Shown here: positions 50,771-62,496 of the stretch, piece by piece
Position numbering within the stretch: the stretch's first letter is position 1
How the letters are laid out: each line of letters begins with the position of its first letter
Assembly: GCF_964355755.1 (NCBI RefSeq)
Contig: NC_092677.1
Coordinates: forward strand, 20,110,101 to 20,174,100
Reading direction: 5' to 3'
Source: Antedon mediterranea
Lineage: Eukaryota; Animalia; Echinodermata
DNA length: 64,000 nt
Position numbers and translations under genes: made by a program
The notes under the pieces: model-generated
The model's input: the letters and a program-made list of their open reading frames with translations, nothing else
What the model was told of the DNA's origin: nothing
Databases searched by the model: none

Positions 50771-50817
50771 GACCTAGTGCAGGGTTGTAACTCATGACTC
50801 TTTCAACTCCACTCCCT

Positions 50818-52640
50818 AAGCCTCAAATGAGACTTAGTTTATAAGCACGATAAGTTATTAAATAGTTTATCCATCCTGTAATTGGCGAGTTACTCGCTGT
50901 TGAGTAAAAAGAAAAAAAACAAAACAAAACAAAAAACATATCCAAAATCGACAAAAATCCATCTTGGGGAAAACTGTTTAGACTCGTTTTTCTTTTATTT
51001 AAAATTTTTGATAAAAATGGCCTACAAACTGTAGAGGCTTCTATTTTTCTTAAACTGTTTAACATACATATTTCTATTTGCTCTAATGAAAATGTTTGTC
51101 GAAATATGGCAGGAAAAGTCATTTTTTTAAATATTGACCTCTGACCTCATAATAATATTATCTCAATAAATACTAGTCATACACACTAATTAACATTAGT
51201 CTTAAATTTTTCATAAAGTTTATGTTTATATTTACTCTAATGCATTGGTCGTACACTCAAGATTGATTATTTAATGTAGGCCACTATGTAATTTCGTGTC
51301 ATTTTTTTGTTAAAAGCAAAATTCCAGCTGATTTAGTGTCTTTAGGATGTAAAGTAATGAAAAAAATATGTTGCCATTTTTTTAAAAAAGCTTAAGGGTG
51401 TCAAATCCAAGATGGCCGCCAATACGTAAAATATCCAATAAATGTACCATATTGGACAAAGTAACACCCTTTATGAATAATATTTTAAGTTCATATGGGT
51501 TCTCTGCTATATAAGAATTATTATAAACCTATATTCATCAGTATTCTGACATTTTGAATTTCAAAATGGCCGCCATTTTTAAAAAATGGGTTAAATTTCT
51601 TATTAAAACGTGTGTAAGTTAAATAACATTAGATTGAAATACACAAAATGATATGCTTATGACAACAACATGGTGATTAATACAAAATGTTGACCATCAG
51701 GAGGTCTATAGTACTGACAGTACACTTCTTCATATTAAAACATCTCATAAAATTCTTCAGTTAAACTCTGCCAAAGTCCTTCAATGAAATATTTCTAATC
51801 TTGAATGCGATACAGTAAGTTGACCTTCCTTCGTTTTCTACTACTGTATCCATCAAACTTCCAAAGACTGATCTGCGATCCCAACAAGCTTGTTCAGAAA
51901 AAAATTGGCAAAAGTACTGCAATACCTAATTTCACCGCCAAATAATCTCTATTGGAGTCCTCTTTTACTTTGATAAGTTTGTCACCTGTATTCACTGTCA
52001 TATATATTTTTTGCCAATATTCATCTTTTTCTTAGGATCCCATATAGACAGTTTGCCTTCTACAAGACTTTTACTAATCCCTCAAACATTTTCTGACTAA
52101 TTCATCATGCCATGGCCAACAAACACCTTGTGCGAATTGCAGCATTCTTCATTAATCGGGATATCATCTCTAAGATGTTTTCCATCTAAGATATTTGTGT
52201 CACTGCTTGTATAGGTAATACAAGTTCAGTTTCAACAAAAGCACTGGCCTCAACACTATTTTCACAATGCTACATGTCCAATAGTCATGTAGTTCACCTG
52301 GTCGACATAATAATTGCTTCTTGATGTCATCTCTGTCCACCTCCATTCATCTCGGGCAAGAGTCATCACCAGGCATTTTTGTCTTTTCCCTGGTACATGA
52401 GTTTTTATACCACAACCATGTGCACTCATCAAACTAGTGTATAATGGTGTTCTATCTGTAGGGGTATATATCTAATGAAATCGGTTGAGATTGTAGAAGA
52501 TGAGAAGTAGGAGTTAATGCTGCCTATGAATAACCTTGTGAATGAGCTGTATCTTTATTTCCTTCAAGCTTCTGCCAAAAGTTGACAGGTTGAAAACTTA
52601 CCAACCATACTGGTGACTATGGCCCTGAAGGTTCAGACAT
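50818..52640 (-). mobile_element. Second degenerate Academ-like transposon fragment
   Basis: Minus-strand broken remnants LCRPGELH..FVETEL..QILDGKH (~52170-52310); candidate terminus TAAGCCTCAAATGAGAC at 50818. Confidence 0.45.
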
Positions 52641-52805
52641 TGAATTATCGAAATGCTTAAAATGGTCTAAAACGTTTTCAAATACCATATTAAGCTATTT
52701 TGTGCACTTTGATGTTTTTATGTTAACAAGTTTTTTCGAAAATCACAAAATGGTCTAAAACGTCTCCAAATGCGATTTGAAGCTATTCTTAGCACTTTGG
52801 TGTTT

Positions 52806-53626
52806 TTAGTCGCGTGGAAGCGACTCTATAGTTCACTATGTCGGTCGGTTGGTCGGTCTGTCTGTCGGTCTGTCTGTCTGTCGGTCTGTCGGTCCGGTAT
52901 CACTATGCGTTTTATCGCTTTCTGACCTTATCTTGATATCAGTTTAATCTATAGCTAGGTCAATTTTTCACAGTATATTCCTTATGGCCAGGAATCAATG
53001 TGGTTATGTTTTCACGGTGCGCAATAAAAAACTACGCGGTCTACGCACGATTTAACGAAATCACATTTGTAATCATATCTTCACAACCATGAATCACAAT
53101 TAAATAAAATTTGGTACTCATAAATTTCAGGGCATAAATCATCATATGGCAATACAATTACGTGCGTAGCGCATGTAACGCATGCGTACGGGCGCTTAAA
53201 ATTTTCAAAATTTATTTTTGATGAAATAAGAGTACGTTTCAGGCAATTTTAAGCGTTTACAAAATTGCCATGAGTGCGCATATTTTTGCGCGCGCACTGC
53301 GCGTTAAATGCTATTACGCACTCTTTTTGCCCGATTTCTGTTTTCTTGACTTACTTTTCAACTCGAAATTACGTTATACGAGCACGTCAAAAGTGACAGG
53401 CTACGCACGTGTAAATTAAAAAAATATAAATGTTTTTAAATATTTCAACATTTTTAAACATGTTCAGTAATTTCGGTCAGTATAGTTCACTATGTCGGTC
53501 GGTCGGTCTGTCTGTCTGTCTGTCTGTCGGTCTGTCGGTCTGTCTGTCTGTCGGTCTGTCGGTCTGTCTGTCGGTCCGGTATCACTATGCATTGTAGCAC
53601 GCGACTTAATGGCTGTTGCCCTTGTT
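52806..53626 (+). mobile_element. Helentron-associated (HINE/DINE-1-like) element
   Basis: 5' subTIR AGTCGCGTG with short IR GCGACT, two (GTCT/GTCG)n blocks, 3' subTIR CACGCGACT and a GGCTGTTGCC hairpin. Inserted into a T-run of the satellite without a TSD. Confidence 0.88.
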
Positions 53627-54028
53627 ATGTTAACAAGTTTATTCGAAAATCACAAAATGGTCTAAAACGTCTCCAAATGCGATATGAAGCTATTCTGTAC
53701 ACTTTGATGTTTTGTGTGAAAAAGTTTTGTCGAAATGCTCAAAATGGTCTAAAAGATTTTTAAATACCATATTAAGCTATTTTGTGCACTTTGATGTTTT
53801 TGTGTGAAAAGTTTTATCGAAATGCTCAAAATGGTCTAAAACGGTTTCAAATGTGATTTTAAGCACTTTGATGTTTTTGTGTAACCAAGTTTCATCGAAA
53901 TGCACAAAATGGTCTAAAACGTCTCCAAATGCGATTTGAAGCTATTCTTAGCACTTTGGTGTTTTTATGTTAACAAGTTTTTTCGAAAATCACAAAATGG
54001 TCGAAAACGTCTCCAAATTCGATTTGAA

Positions 54029-54347
54029 GTGAGTGGCCGAGCGGTTAAGACAGTGGAACCGTAATCACGTAGCCATAACATCGGCAGGGGTTCGAGGCTC
54101 ACTCACTCCATGGTTCTGGTGGTAGAACGAGTCTTCTCGGATAAGGACTATAAACCGTAGGTCCACTGTACACAACTTGCTCGTGTGCACTTTAAAGAAC
54201 CTAGTACATCTTTCGAGACGAGTAGGGGGTTACCCCAGTGTATTAGTACATCACAGCCACTGATCACCAACTGGGCCCTCTGGGAGATCAGTCTTTGACT
54301 GAAGAGGTCACCCAGTATAAAGATAAAACAAACAAAACAAACAAACA
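54029..54347 (+). mobile_element. tRNA-derived SINE with Deu/Nin-like central domain
   Basis: A-box TGGCCGAGCGG, B-box GGTTCGAGGC, core shared with 22516-22867, (CAAA)n tail. It splits one satellite unit at GATTTGAAG|CTATTC. Confidence 0.88.
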
Positions 54348-55310
54348 AAGCTATTCTGTACACTTTGATGTTTTGTGTGAAAAAGTTTTGTCGAAATGCT
54401 CAAAATGGTCTAAAACGTTTTTAAATACCACATTAATCTATTTTGTTCACTTTGATGTTTTTGTGTAAAAAGTTTTATCGAAATGCTCTAAATGTTCTTA
54501 AAGGGTTTCTAATGTGATTTTAAGCACTTTGATGTTTTTGTGTAACCAAGTTTCATCGAAATGCACAAAATGGTCTAAAACGTCTCCAAATGCGATTTGA
54601 AGCTATTCTAAGAACTTTGGTGTTTTTATGTTAACAAGTTTTTTCGAAATGCACAAAATGGTCTAAAACGTCTCCAAATGCGATTTGAAGCTATTCTTAG
54701 CACTTTGGTGTTTTTATGGTAACAAGTTTTTTCTAAAATCACAAAATGGTCTAGACGCAGACTTTAATTTTCTAATAATCACATGGATGCTCAGGAAAAA
54801 GCCCGTCTTATAGTTCATGTGATATTACATGTGGGTGGGCGGTAAAAAGGGGAAGATTAAAAATATCTTACTGAATAATTGTTGGAGACGTGAGAACAGC
54901 GTGGTCCAAGAGGATTGTACCACGCCCTCTCAGTTCTCAAAATAGAATCGTGTTAAACTTTGTTTTCACACAATTCCTGCTTTTTGATACACAGAGACTT
55001 AAGAATAAGCATACAACATCATTTTCTGGCATTTAAAAATTTTATTGGAAAAATGAACATTCTAAACGTGTAACCTGCATGTGATTGTGGATATGTATAA
55101 TTAAAGTTAGACGCAGACTTTATTTTTCTAAGATACATGGATGCTCAGGAAAAAGCCCATGGTAGATGTGAAACACCACCGAGAGCAGCCCATGTAAATA
55201 CAGGGTGGACGCAAGAATGTTCACTCTTCCAAAAAGAGAAACACGAACAGATGTATTTGAACCAAAACAGTAGGCCCCGCTCGGCGAACTGGTATGGTGC
55301 AAGATAGAAT

Positions 55311-58300
55311 GCACTGCCAGGGCAGATGCCGTACCATTTTCTTATTAAGAAATTGTTATAATACAGTAATGCAGAAACACTGACTGAGCAGATGTCTTAA
55401 TACAGAACGAAAGGCACTGCCTGAGCAGATGCCTGTAACCTTAATACTAAACAGAAAACTGCCTGAGCAGATGCCTGTAACCTTAATACTAAACAGAAAA
55501 CACTGCCTGAGCAGATGCCTGTAACCTTAATACTGAACAGAAGGCACTACCTGAGCAGATGCCTATAACCTTAATACTAAACAGAAGGCACTGCCTGAGC
55601 AGATGCCTGTAACATTAATACTGAACAGAAGGCACTTCCTGAGCAGGTGCCTGTAACCTTAATACTAAACAGAAGGCACTGCCTGAGCAGATGCCTGTAA
55701 CCTTAATACTAAACAGAAAGGCACTGCCTGAGCAGATGCCTGGAACCATAATACTAAACAGAAAGGCACTGCATGAGCAGATGCCTGGATTGATTGATTG
55801 ATTGATTGATTTTATTCGATATTCATACATAAAAGTTAAAATATACAATGTATAAAAGAGAATACCTGGATAACGCATTAAGTCGACAAAAAGTCGTATC
55901 ATTAATGCCAGTAGCCTTAGGAGTGACAAAATTAAATGTTGTACCCCTGGTGAAATGGTTATGATGATCAGAAATTAACAAAAAGTTATCCTTAAGGAAA
56001 GAAGGCGTATTAAAGTTATAACGAATTTTGTGAACATAATTTAATCTTAAAAACTTATTTCTGAGGCTGACATTAAGAAACCCAAGATCGGAAAGCTCTT
56101 TGGCACCTATGTGAGACCTCGGACCAACATTTAAAATGAAACGTGCCATCTTGTTTTGGGCAGTTTGTAATTTATGTTTAAGATTCTTATTGACACCGCC
56201 GTACCATGCCGAGGCAGAATAGTCGAATGTACATTGTATTAAATTAATTTTTTATTCAAGCACGAACTTTGCCTATGTAAAAACTTCAACCTTGACTTAA
56301 CTTTACTGATAACACTAGTTGCAATAATATCACATGATACATATTGGTCTAAATCAATACCCAAATATTTAACTTGCTTAGTACTTTTGATTCTACGGCC
56401 CATTAATTCTACAGAAAACTCTTTAACTTTGTTAAGCTTCGCTCTGCTACCAAAGATAATACTTTCGGTTTTGCCAACATGTAAAGATAATTTGTTTTCA
56501 GTTAACCAGTCCTGGCACCTAGCTAGGACAGTACTTAATTTATGAGCGATTTTGGTGGCATCGTGATGAGAATACAGAATCGTAGAATCATCAGCATAAA
56601 GCAATAATTGAACATCAGAATCAATAAAAGAAGCAATATCATTTAAATAACATAGAAAAAGAATAGGGCCCAAGATGCTACCTTGCGGTACACCATGAGT
56701 AACTATAAGAGGTTCAGAGCAGGTACCATTCACACTGACAACTTGTGTGCGGTTAAGATTGAAACCAGTCAGTACACTTAAAACCCATGCATTTTAGCTT
56801 GTTAATTAAAATCACATGATCGACGGTATCGAAAGCTTTTTGTAAGTCAATTAGAACCATTCCAGTAAGAAGGCCTTTGGACTTATTGTTTTTTAAACCG
56901 TCGATGACATTTATGAGGTTGCTTTCAGTTGTATGGGCCTGCTGAAAACCGGATTGATAGGCATAAAGTATATTATTTTTGGAAAGATACCTTTCAACTT
57001 GTATAGCTACAGATTTTTCAAGAATCTTAGATACCGTAGGCAGAATACTAATCGGCCGATAATTCTCAACACTTGTTCTAGTATTTTTCTTAAATAGAGG
57101 GGTAACTTTAGCAGTTTTAAGATCATGAGGTAAACAATTAGTTTTAAACGAAAGGTTAATGATATGAGCTATCGGTTCAGCCAAGATTATCGCACCGTCA
57201 CGTAAAAATCTTGAGGGAATATTATCTAGACCGACGATTTTGTTTACATTTAGGCTTTCGAGTTGAGTTTTAACAAATTCTATGGTAACAGGCTCTAGCT
57301 TAAACATTTTTCCTTTTAATTTAACGTAGTATTTATGAAGATCGTTAGTGGACATGGTGAAAAAACCTATGCATTTTGGGAGTTTTTTGACGAGTGTTGA
57401 CGCAACATTGGTGAAAAACTCATTAAAACGAGAGGCAACGCCTTTTGGACAGAAAGTTTGTTTACCATTTTCATCGAGAACGATTTTAGTGTTTGTTTTA
57501 CATTTCTTCTCGTATCCGAGCTGTTTGAGGGTTTTCCATAATTTTTTAGGGTTGTCTTTATTTTCATCAATCTTATTGAGAAAATAATTAGATTTAGCTT
57601 TTTTGATCAGCCGCTGAGCTTTGTTCCTAGAGGCACAATAATATTTGTATATATCTAGATTAGATTTATCTTTCTTGAATTTTTTTAAAAGTGTGTCTCT
57701 TACTTTGATTTCATTAGCAATTTCGGAGGTAAACCAGGGTGCTATGTTTTGTTTAAGTCTAACTTTTTTTATTGGCGCTATTGAGTCGATCACCTTAATG
57801 ATGATATCTTTAAGAGTTAACCACGCGATATTTACATCGTCATTATTAGTGACAACAGACCAATCGATATCGTTAAGTTTTTCAAGATAGTTATTTACAT
57901 TATAGTTTTTTAAAGATCGTAATTTAGCGGAGTTGTGTTCATTTTTATGAACATGAGACTTAGGTATTTTTCTAGTGCAATAAATAATAAAATGGTCACT
58001 AAGGCCAATATTAATTACTCCAGATTGCTTCACATTATTTTGTACATTAGTAACAATGTGGTCCAAACATGAGCTTTTTTCTTTTCCTATTCTAGTTATA
58101 TCCTTAATAACATTACTAAAACCATTTCTTATAAGAAAATCATTATATCTTTGCGATATTGGATTGATATTTAAAGTGCATATGTTAAAGTCACCAAGAA
58201 CATAAATTTCACTACTCTCTTTGATTTTTGATACAGATTCTTCAAAGTTGTTCAGAAATAAAGATACATTCTGTTTTGGTGGGCGGTAGCATATACCAAT

Positions 58301-58770
58301 CACAATTTCCTTTGAACGAGGCAGATATATATTTATCCAAATTGCTTCAAAACCGTCGATATCCAGATCATTTCTACGTGTGAAGGCGCGATAATTTTTT
58401 ACGTAGATACAAACTCCACCACCAGACCGGTTTCTGTCCTTCCTGAGCGCTGTATATCCATCAATTTTGATCTCGTTATCGGTGATGGATTCGTCCAGCC
58501 ACGACTCGCTGATGGATATAACAGTAGCTTTGGTCTTTGATGCGATGTGCCTTAGTTCAGACATTTTATTAACTAATGACCGCGCATTGAGGTGAACAAA
58601 ATGTAGGCCTTTGTTAAACACGTTGAATTCCTCGCTTAAATGCTCGTAAATGTCTTCTGTATATGTATGTCCATCTTATAATACTATACTGAACAGAATG
58701 CACTGCCTGAGTAGATGCCTGAAACCTTATACTAAACAGCAGGCACTGCCTGGGCAGCTGATGCCTGAAA
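55311..58770. repeat. About 44-bp hairpin-containing tandem array (11 copies at 55311-55787, 2 copies at 58700-58770), split by a LINE
   Basis: Unit AAGGCACTGCCTGAGCAGATGCCTGTAACCTTAATACTAAACAG occurs on both sides of the LINE. Confidence 0.88.
55788..58650 (-). mobile_element. CR1/L2-group (Crack-like) LINE, 5'-truncated, with broken ORF2 (APE endonuclease + RT)
   Basis: HLNARSL, ISESWL, GGGVCIY, YRPP, GDFN, LDHI, SDH; NYRPISIL, DLQKAFDTVDH, GVPQGSILGP, YADD, KYLG. Frameshifts near 56750 and 56240. Tail AATAAA(ATCA)n. Confidence 0.93.
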
Positions 58771-58789
58771 ACTTGTGCAATTTGTAATG

Positions 58790-59240
58790 TTACTTGTTAC
58801 TTAAAGTTATGCAATGAGGTCGTATATATTGTTTGTACGCATCGCTTTTCCATCTACCCATGGTCATGATCTCCTTCTCATTTGCTCCCATGTTATGTAG
58901 TTGTGTAGCCCTACCAATTCTGAATGAGTGCGTATTGAAACGTGTGTGATCTAAAGTGGTGTGCGAAGCAGTTTTTTTAAGAATGCAGCACAGGTGTTGC
59001 CGTTGTAATGGCAAACCTGTTTGGAACACAAAAAACTGTCCAGTAGCTGCTGGTCTAATAGACCTGTAACGTTTCAGCGCCTCAACGGGGCAGAGCAGGC
59101 TGCCACGTTTTTCTTTGATGTTAAATTTTTTGGGTTTGCCATTGTGGTGCTTATATGAACGGAAGCATATAGTAATGCATGTGTCATTGATTTCAATATC
59201 CTTGTCTAATAGGACATGTTGTGGGCTTGTGAGTAGTAAA
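58790..59240 (-). pseudogene. Tyrosine recombinase C-terminal half (DIRS/Ngaro-type retroelement)
   Basis: RSYK, LCPVEALKRY..RP, HSFRIGRAT, MGRWKSDAYKQYIR, showing the H-x-x-R, W and Y catalytic residues. The N-terminus is missing. Confidence 0.88.
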
Positions 59241-61025
59241 TAAGGTACTTCAGCCCAAAGTTGACCTTGGGGTATTTCATGGTGGTTGCGCAATAGTTAT
59301 GTAATATCCGCCAGGTGTTTCTAATGAAGGTCGTTTCCGCCAGGTGTTTCTAATGAAGGTCGTTTCCGGCAGGTGTTTCTAATGAAGGTCGTTCATTTCC
59401 TGTTATTGTATTAGTTATGTAACTTCCTGCAGGTGTTTCTAATGAAGGTCGTTCTTTTCCTGGTTTCGTACTAGTTATGTAATTTCCGCATAATAGTCCA
59501 ATTTGACCAAAAAAATGATTTACATGAAAAAACTATACTTTAAACAAAAAAATCAAATTGATTGCAAGCTGCTGGAATTGGGGTTTTGGTTGAATGTCAT
59601 TACAGTTTGTTTTTTGCGAAGAGGTTATCCTGCAGGTCTAGTCAGTCGTGGTTATAACAATGGTTAACAATGGGGATAGTATAAGACAATAGAGTATATC
59701 ATTTCACTAGAATTGTTATATAGATTTGTTATATATTAATATACATTATAATATAAAATTAATAAATATTAAATAAAAATGATATGGTAATTTAGTTGCT
59801 TGTGATGAGAACAAAATGGTTTACAATGGTTGAAGTCAATAGGTGTTATGTTTCGGATTATAATACAATGGTTAACATAGGGTAAGGAAGTGAGACAATA
59901 TAGTTTTTGTAAGATTTGAATTAGTCATAGAGTCAATTAAGATGCACCTGGTTAATTAAAACTAGTTAATTGAGGTTTTTGCTTGATGTATGCCGACATA
60001 ATCCAAAGACATAAGTTATTTGATCCGGATATTATAACAATGACTAAAACAAAAAGATAAGAATGAATGAAGTTAAATAATAAGTATGTCTTGATTGAAC
60101 TACACCGAAAGGTAATTAACCATCTTCCGGATTTGTTAACAAAGGGGAGAAATCGAAATCAGTGACACGGCGTTTGACATACTAAAGTTTAATGTGTGAC
60201 GTCATGATGTTAGTTTCACTATTTTTGATGATTTTTGTTTTCCAATGTTTAGTTTTATTTTCATTTAAATTGGTTACGTTTACGAAAAGATTTATTTGTT
60301 TCCTTTTAAAATAAAACAAAAAGTGGGTAAAGAGGGAATTGTTATTATAATATAAAATTATTAAATAATAAATAAAAAATATTTGGTGATGATTTAGTCG
60401 TTTGTGATGAGAACAAATGGCATACAATGGTTGAAGTCAATAGGTGTTATGTTTCGGATATAATATTACAATGGTTAACATTGGGTAAGGAAGTAAAAGA
60501 TTGTTGTAAGATTTGAATTAGTCATGTACTTGGCAGTATTTTTAAAAAGGGGTACAATAAAAGATGCTCCTGGTTTAATTAAAACAACGTAACAACATAA
60601 GTTATTTGATCAGGATATTATAACAATGACTGAAACAAAAAGTTAAGAGAATTTAGTACAGTTTTCATCAGTATGAACTTCTACAAACCAACAGCTGATT
60701 ACGCCGATTCTAAAATAGCTGATAAGGCTAAGGCTAGTATGCAGCGAGTTATGAGAAAACGGTTTGATCTTTGATGATTTTGGATCGGACATTTTTTAAA
60801 TTGAATGACATTGGGGAAGCTACTTAATGAAACAAAAGATACACGGCGCTTCGACACAATGTTCCGACAGGAAATACAACAATGACAATTGGCTGAAACA
60901 AATTTAGTAAATGCCGAATGTAATCCTTTGACTGTATATAACTCTCGATTATTTTGTAATCTTTACCTCATTCTACAACGCTACAGAGCTCGACAAGACA
61001 GACCAAAAACCAACAACTAGTTACT

Positions 61026-62013
61026 ATGGGTTCCGTGATTGAAATAATTGATCTTACTATGGACTCTGATGTCGAAGAAGATGTTATATATAATATAAGC
61101 AGTGATTCAGAATTTGAAGACGAAGACATACTAGCTATGACTGGTGCCTATTTTACAGCAAAGGAGGAGGAAGAGATGAGGGAAGAGATGGGGGATATGA
61201 CGTGTTTAATTGCGATTCAACCCCCACCTCCAATGAACGTTGATTTCAATAATGTATCTAATACTAGTTGTTGATAGCCGAGTGGTTAGGACACTTGACT
61301 GTCATACAGATAGACCCGGGTTCAATTCCCGACAACTCCCAGTCCACTCAGCTGTAAATGAGTACCTGGTTGAAAATACTAGGGAGAAAAAAGGCGGCGT
61401 GGAAAGGAACTGGCCACCCTACCACATAATGCCGAGGCTTAGTACAATGAGCTCCTAACAGCTCATTCCCCTACGTTCAGAGAACACGGGACTCACCTTT
61501 ACCTTACCTTTATCTAATACTGAAGAAGACGAACATTATAGATCGAGAATAATTTCTGAAGAGGAGAGGATTGTATACGACGACACGTCATCGGTAGTTG
61601 ACTACCACCTATTTCTGGCAAGAAAAGCCGATGTAGAAGATGATGTAGAAGATGAGGTGTTTGCGGAAGAGTACCTGAACCCTGTGCTGGAGGCGGAGAT
61701 TAAGAAAGAAACTACCGAACTTGAGTACAAAGAAATAATGAGAACAATTGAGAAGGTTTTCATAGAAGAATTTATATTCATTCTGAAGGACATGGTTGAA
61801 CGTTATAACTTTCACGGCTCAAGATATGAACAACTCCTAACATTTTTTCGACCAATTCTGGCATTGAAACTTGTGTACAATAGCGCTACCCATTTTGAAT
61901 GGGCGCTAAACTACTTTCATTTACGTTGTATAAATGTTGATGCGTTTGCTAAAGCCATAAAGTTGATTACAAATGATTCAGAACTTTTTAATAAGATTCT
62001 TTACCAATTGTAA
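61026..62013 (+). pseudogene. Acidic intronless ORF of unknown function (243 aa once the SINE and one TSD copy are removed)
   Basis: 61026-61265 (80 codons) joins in frame to 61522-62013 with no stops. TATATAA lies ~90 bp upstream (60935). Confidence 0.75.
61266..61510 (+). mobile_element. Full-length tRNA-derived SINE with ACCTT(T) tail
   Basis: A-box TAGCCGAGTGG, B-box GGTTCAATTCC, internal CCACTCAGCTGTAAATGAGTACC, tail ACCTTTACCTTACCTT, and an 11-bp TSD TATCTAATACT. Confidence 0.93.
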
Positions 62014-62264
62014 TTTGTACAAATTTAAAATAATATCTTAACACTTTTAATTAATCTTACATATTTTTATAATTCTTATTTCTTTTCGGTAAATTTATTA
62101 TTATTATGGTTGTAAATTATATTGAAATAGAATATGTGTTAAAATAAAGGTTGTGGTTTTTCTTTTAATAGCAACAACAACGAAAATGAATTTGATCTTT
62201 GCGTGTTATTTAAGTATTTTATTTATTTTTTAAATTTTCATTTGGGTGAATGAGGGTAATGAGT

Positions 62265-62496
62265 ATGGATGAGTACTTAAGAAAAGTATATTACGATCCT
62301 AAGCATCCTGATAGTTTTGGTGGTGTGGACCGACTTTATCAAAATGTAAAATACGATTTAATTATTACCAAGAGACAAGTTCAAGACTGACTGAGCAAGC
62401 TAGATACATATACATTACACAAATCCATTCAACGTAAATTCAAACGAAACTGGGTACTTGTAAGTGTTATTGATGAACAATGGGGAATGGATTTGG
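62265..62496 (+). pseudogene. Maverick/Polinton integrase N-terminal fragment
   Basis: MDEYLRKVYYDPKHPDSFGGVDRLY..VQD*LSKLDTYTLHKSIQRKFKRNWVLVSVIDEQWGMDL matches the YYDP..GSFGG / YTLHK / IDEQWQ.DL signature. It has one stop and is truncated. Confidence 0.85.

Larger units (their letters stand above)
52650..54752 (+). repeat. Tandem satellite, ~87-bp unit with a recurring 78-bp variant
   Basis: AAAATGGTCTAAAACG recurs at 53654, 53741, 53828, 53906 and 53994 among others. The array is interrupted by a HINE and a SINE. Confidence 0.9.

Noticed and set aside
50709-50780. Functional tRNA gene (also the tRNA-like heads at 54029, 61266 and 22867)
   Set aside because: A and B boxes are present, but the cloverleaf is imperfect, no oligo-T terminator follows, and three of the four run into SINE bodies.
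54751-55160. About 50-bp direct repeats (TAGACGCAGACTTT..GGATGCTCAGGAAAAAGCCC) as LTRs
   Set aside because: No TG..CA ends, PBS or PPT; more likely 1.1 units of a ~357-bp tandem repeat.
55311-55787. CRISPR-like array
   Set aside because: Inner spacers are near-identical, there are no cas genes, and the context is eukaryotic.
58790-59293. Bacterial or phage integrase (contamination or horizontal transfer)
   Set aside because: The HSFRIG..GRWKSDAY..YIR pattern is typical of eukaryotic DIRS/Ngaro recombinases, and the flanks are animal TEs.
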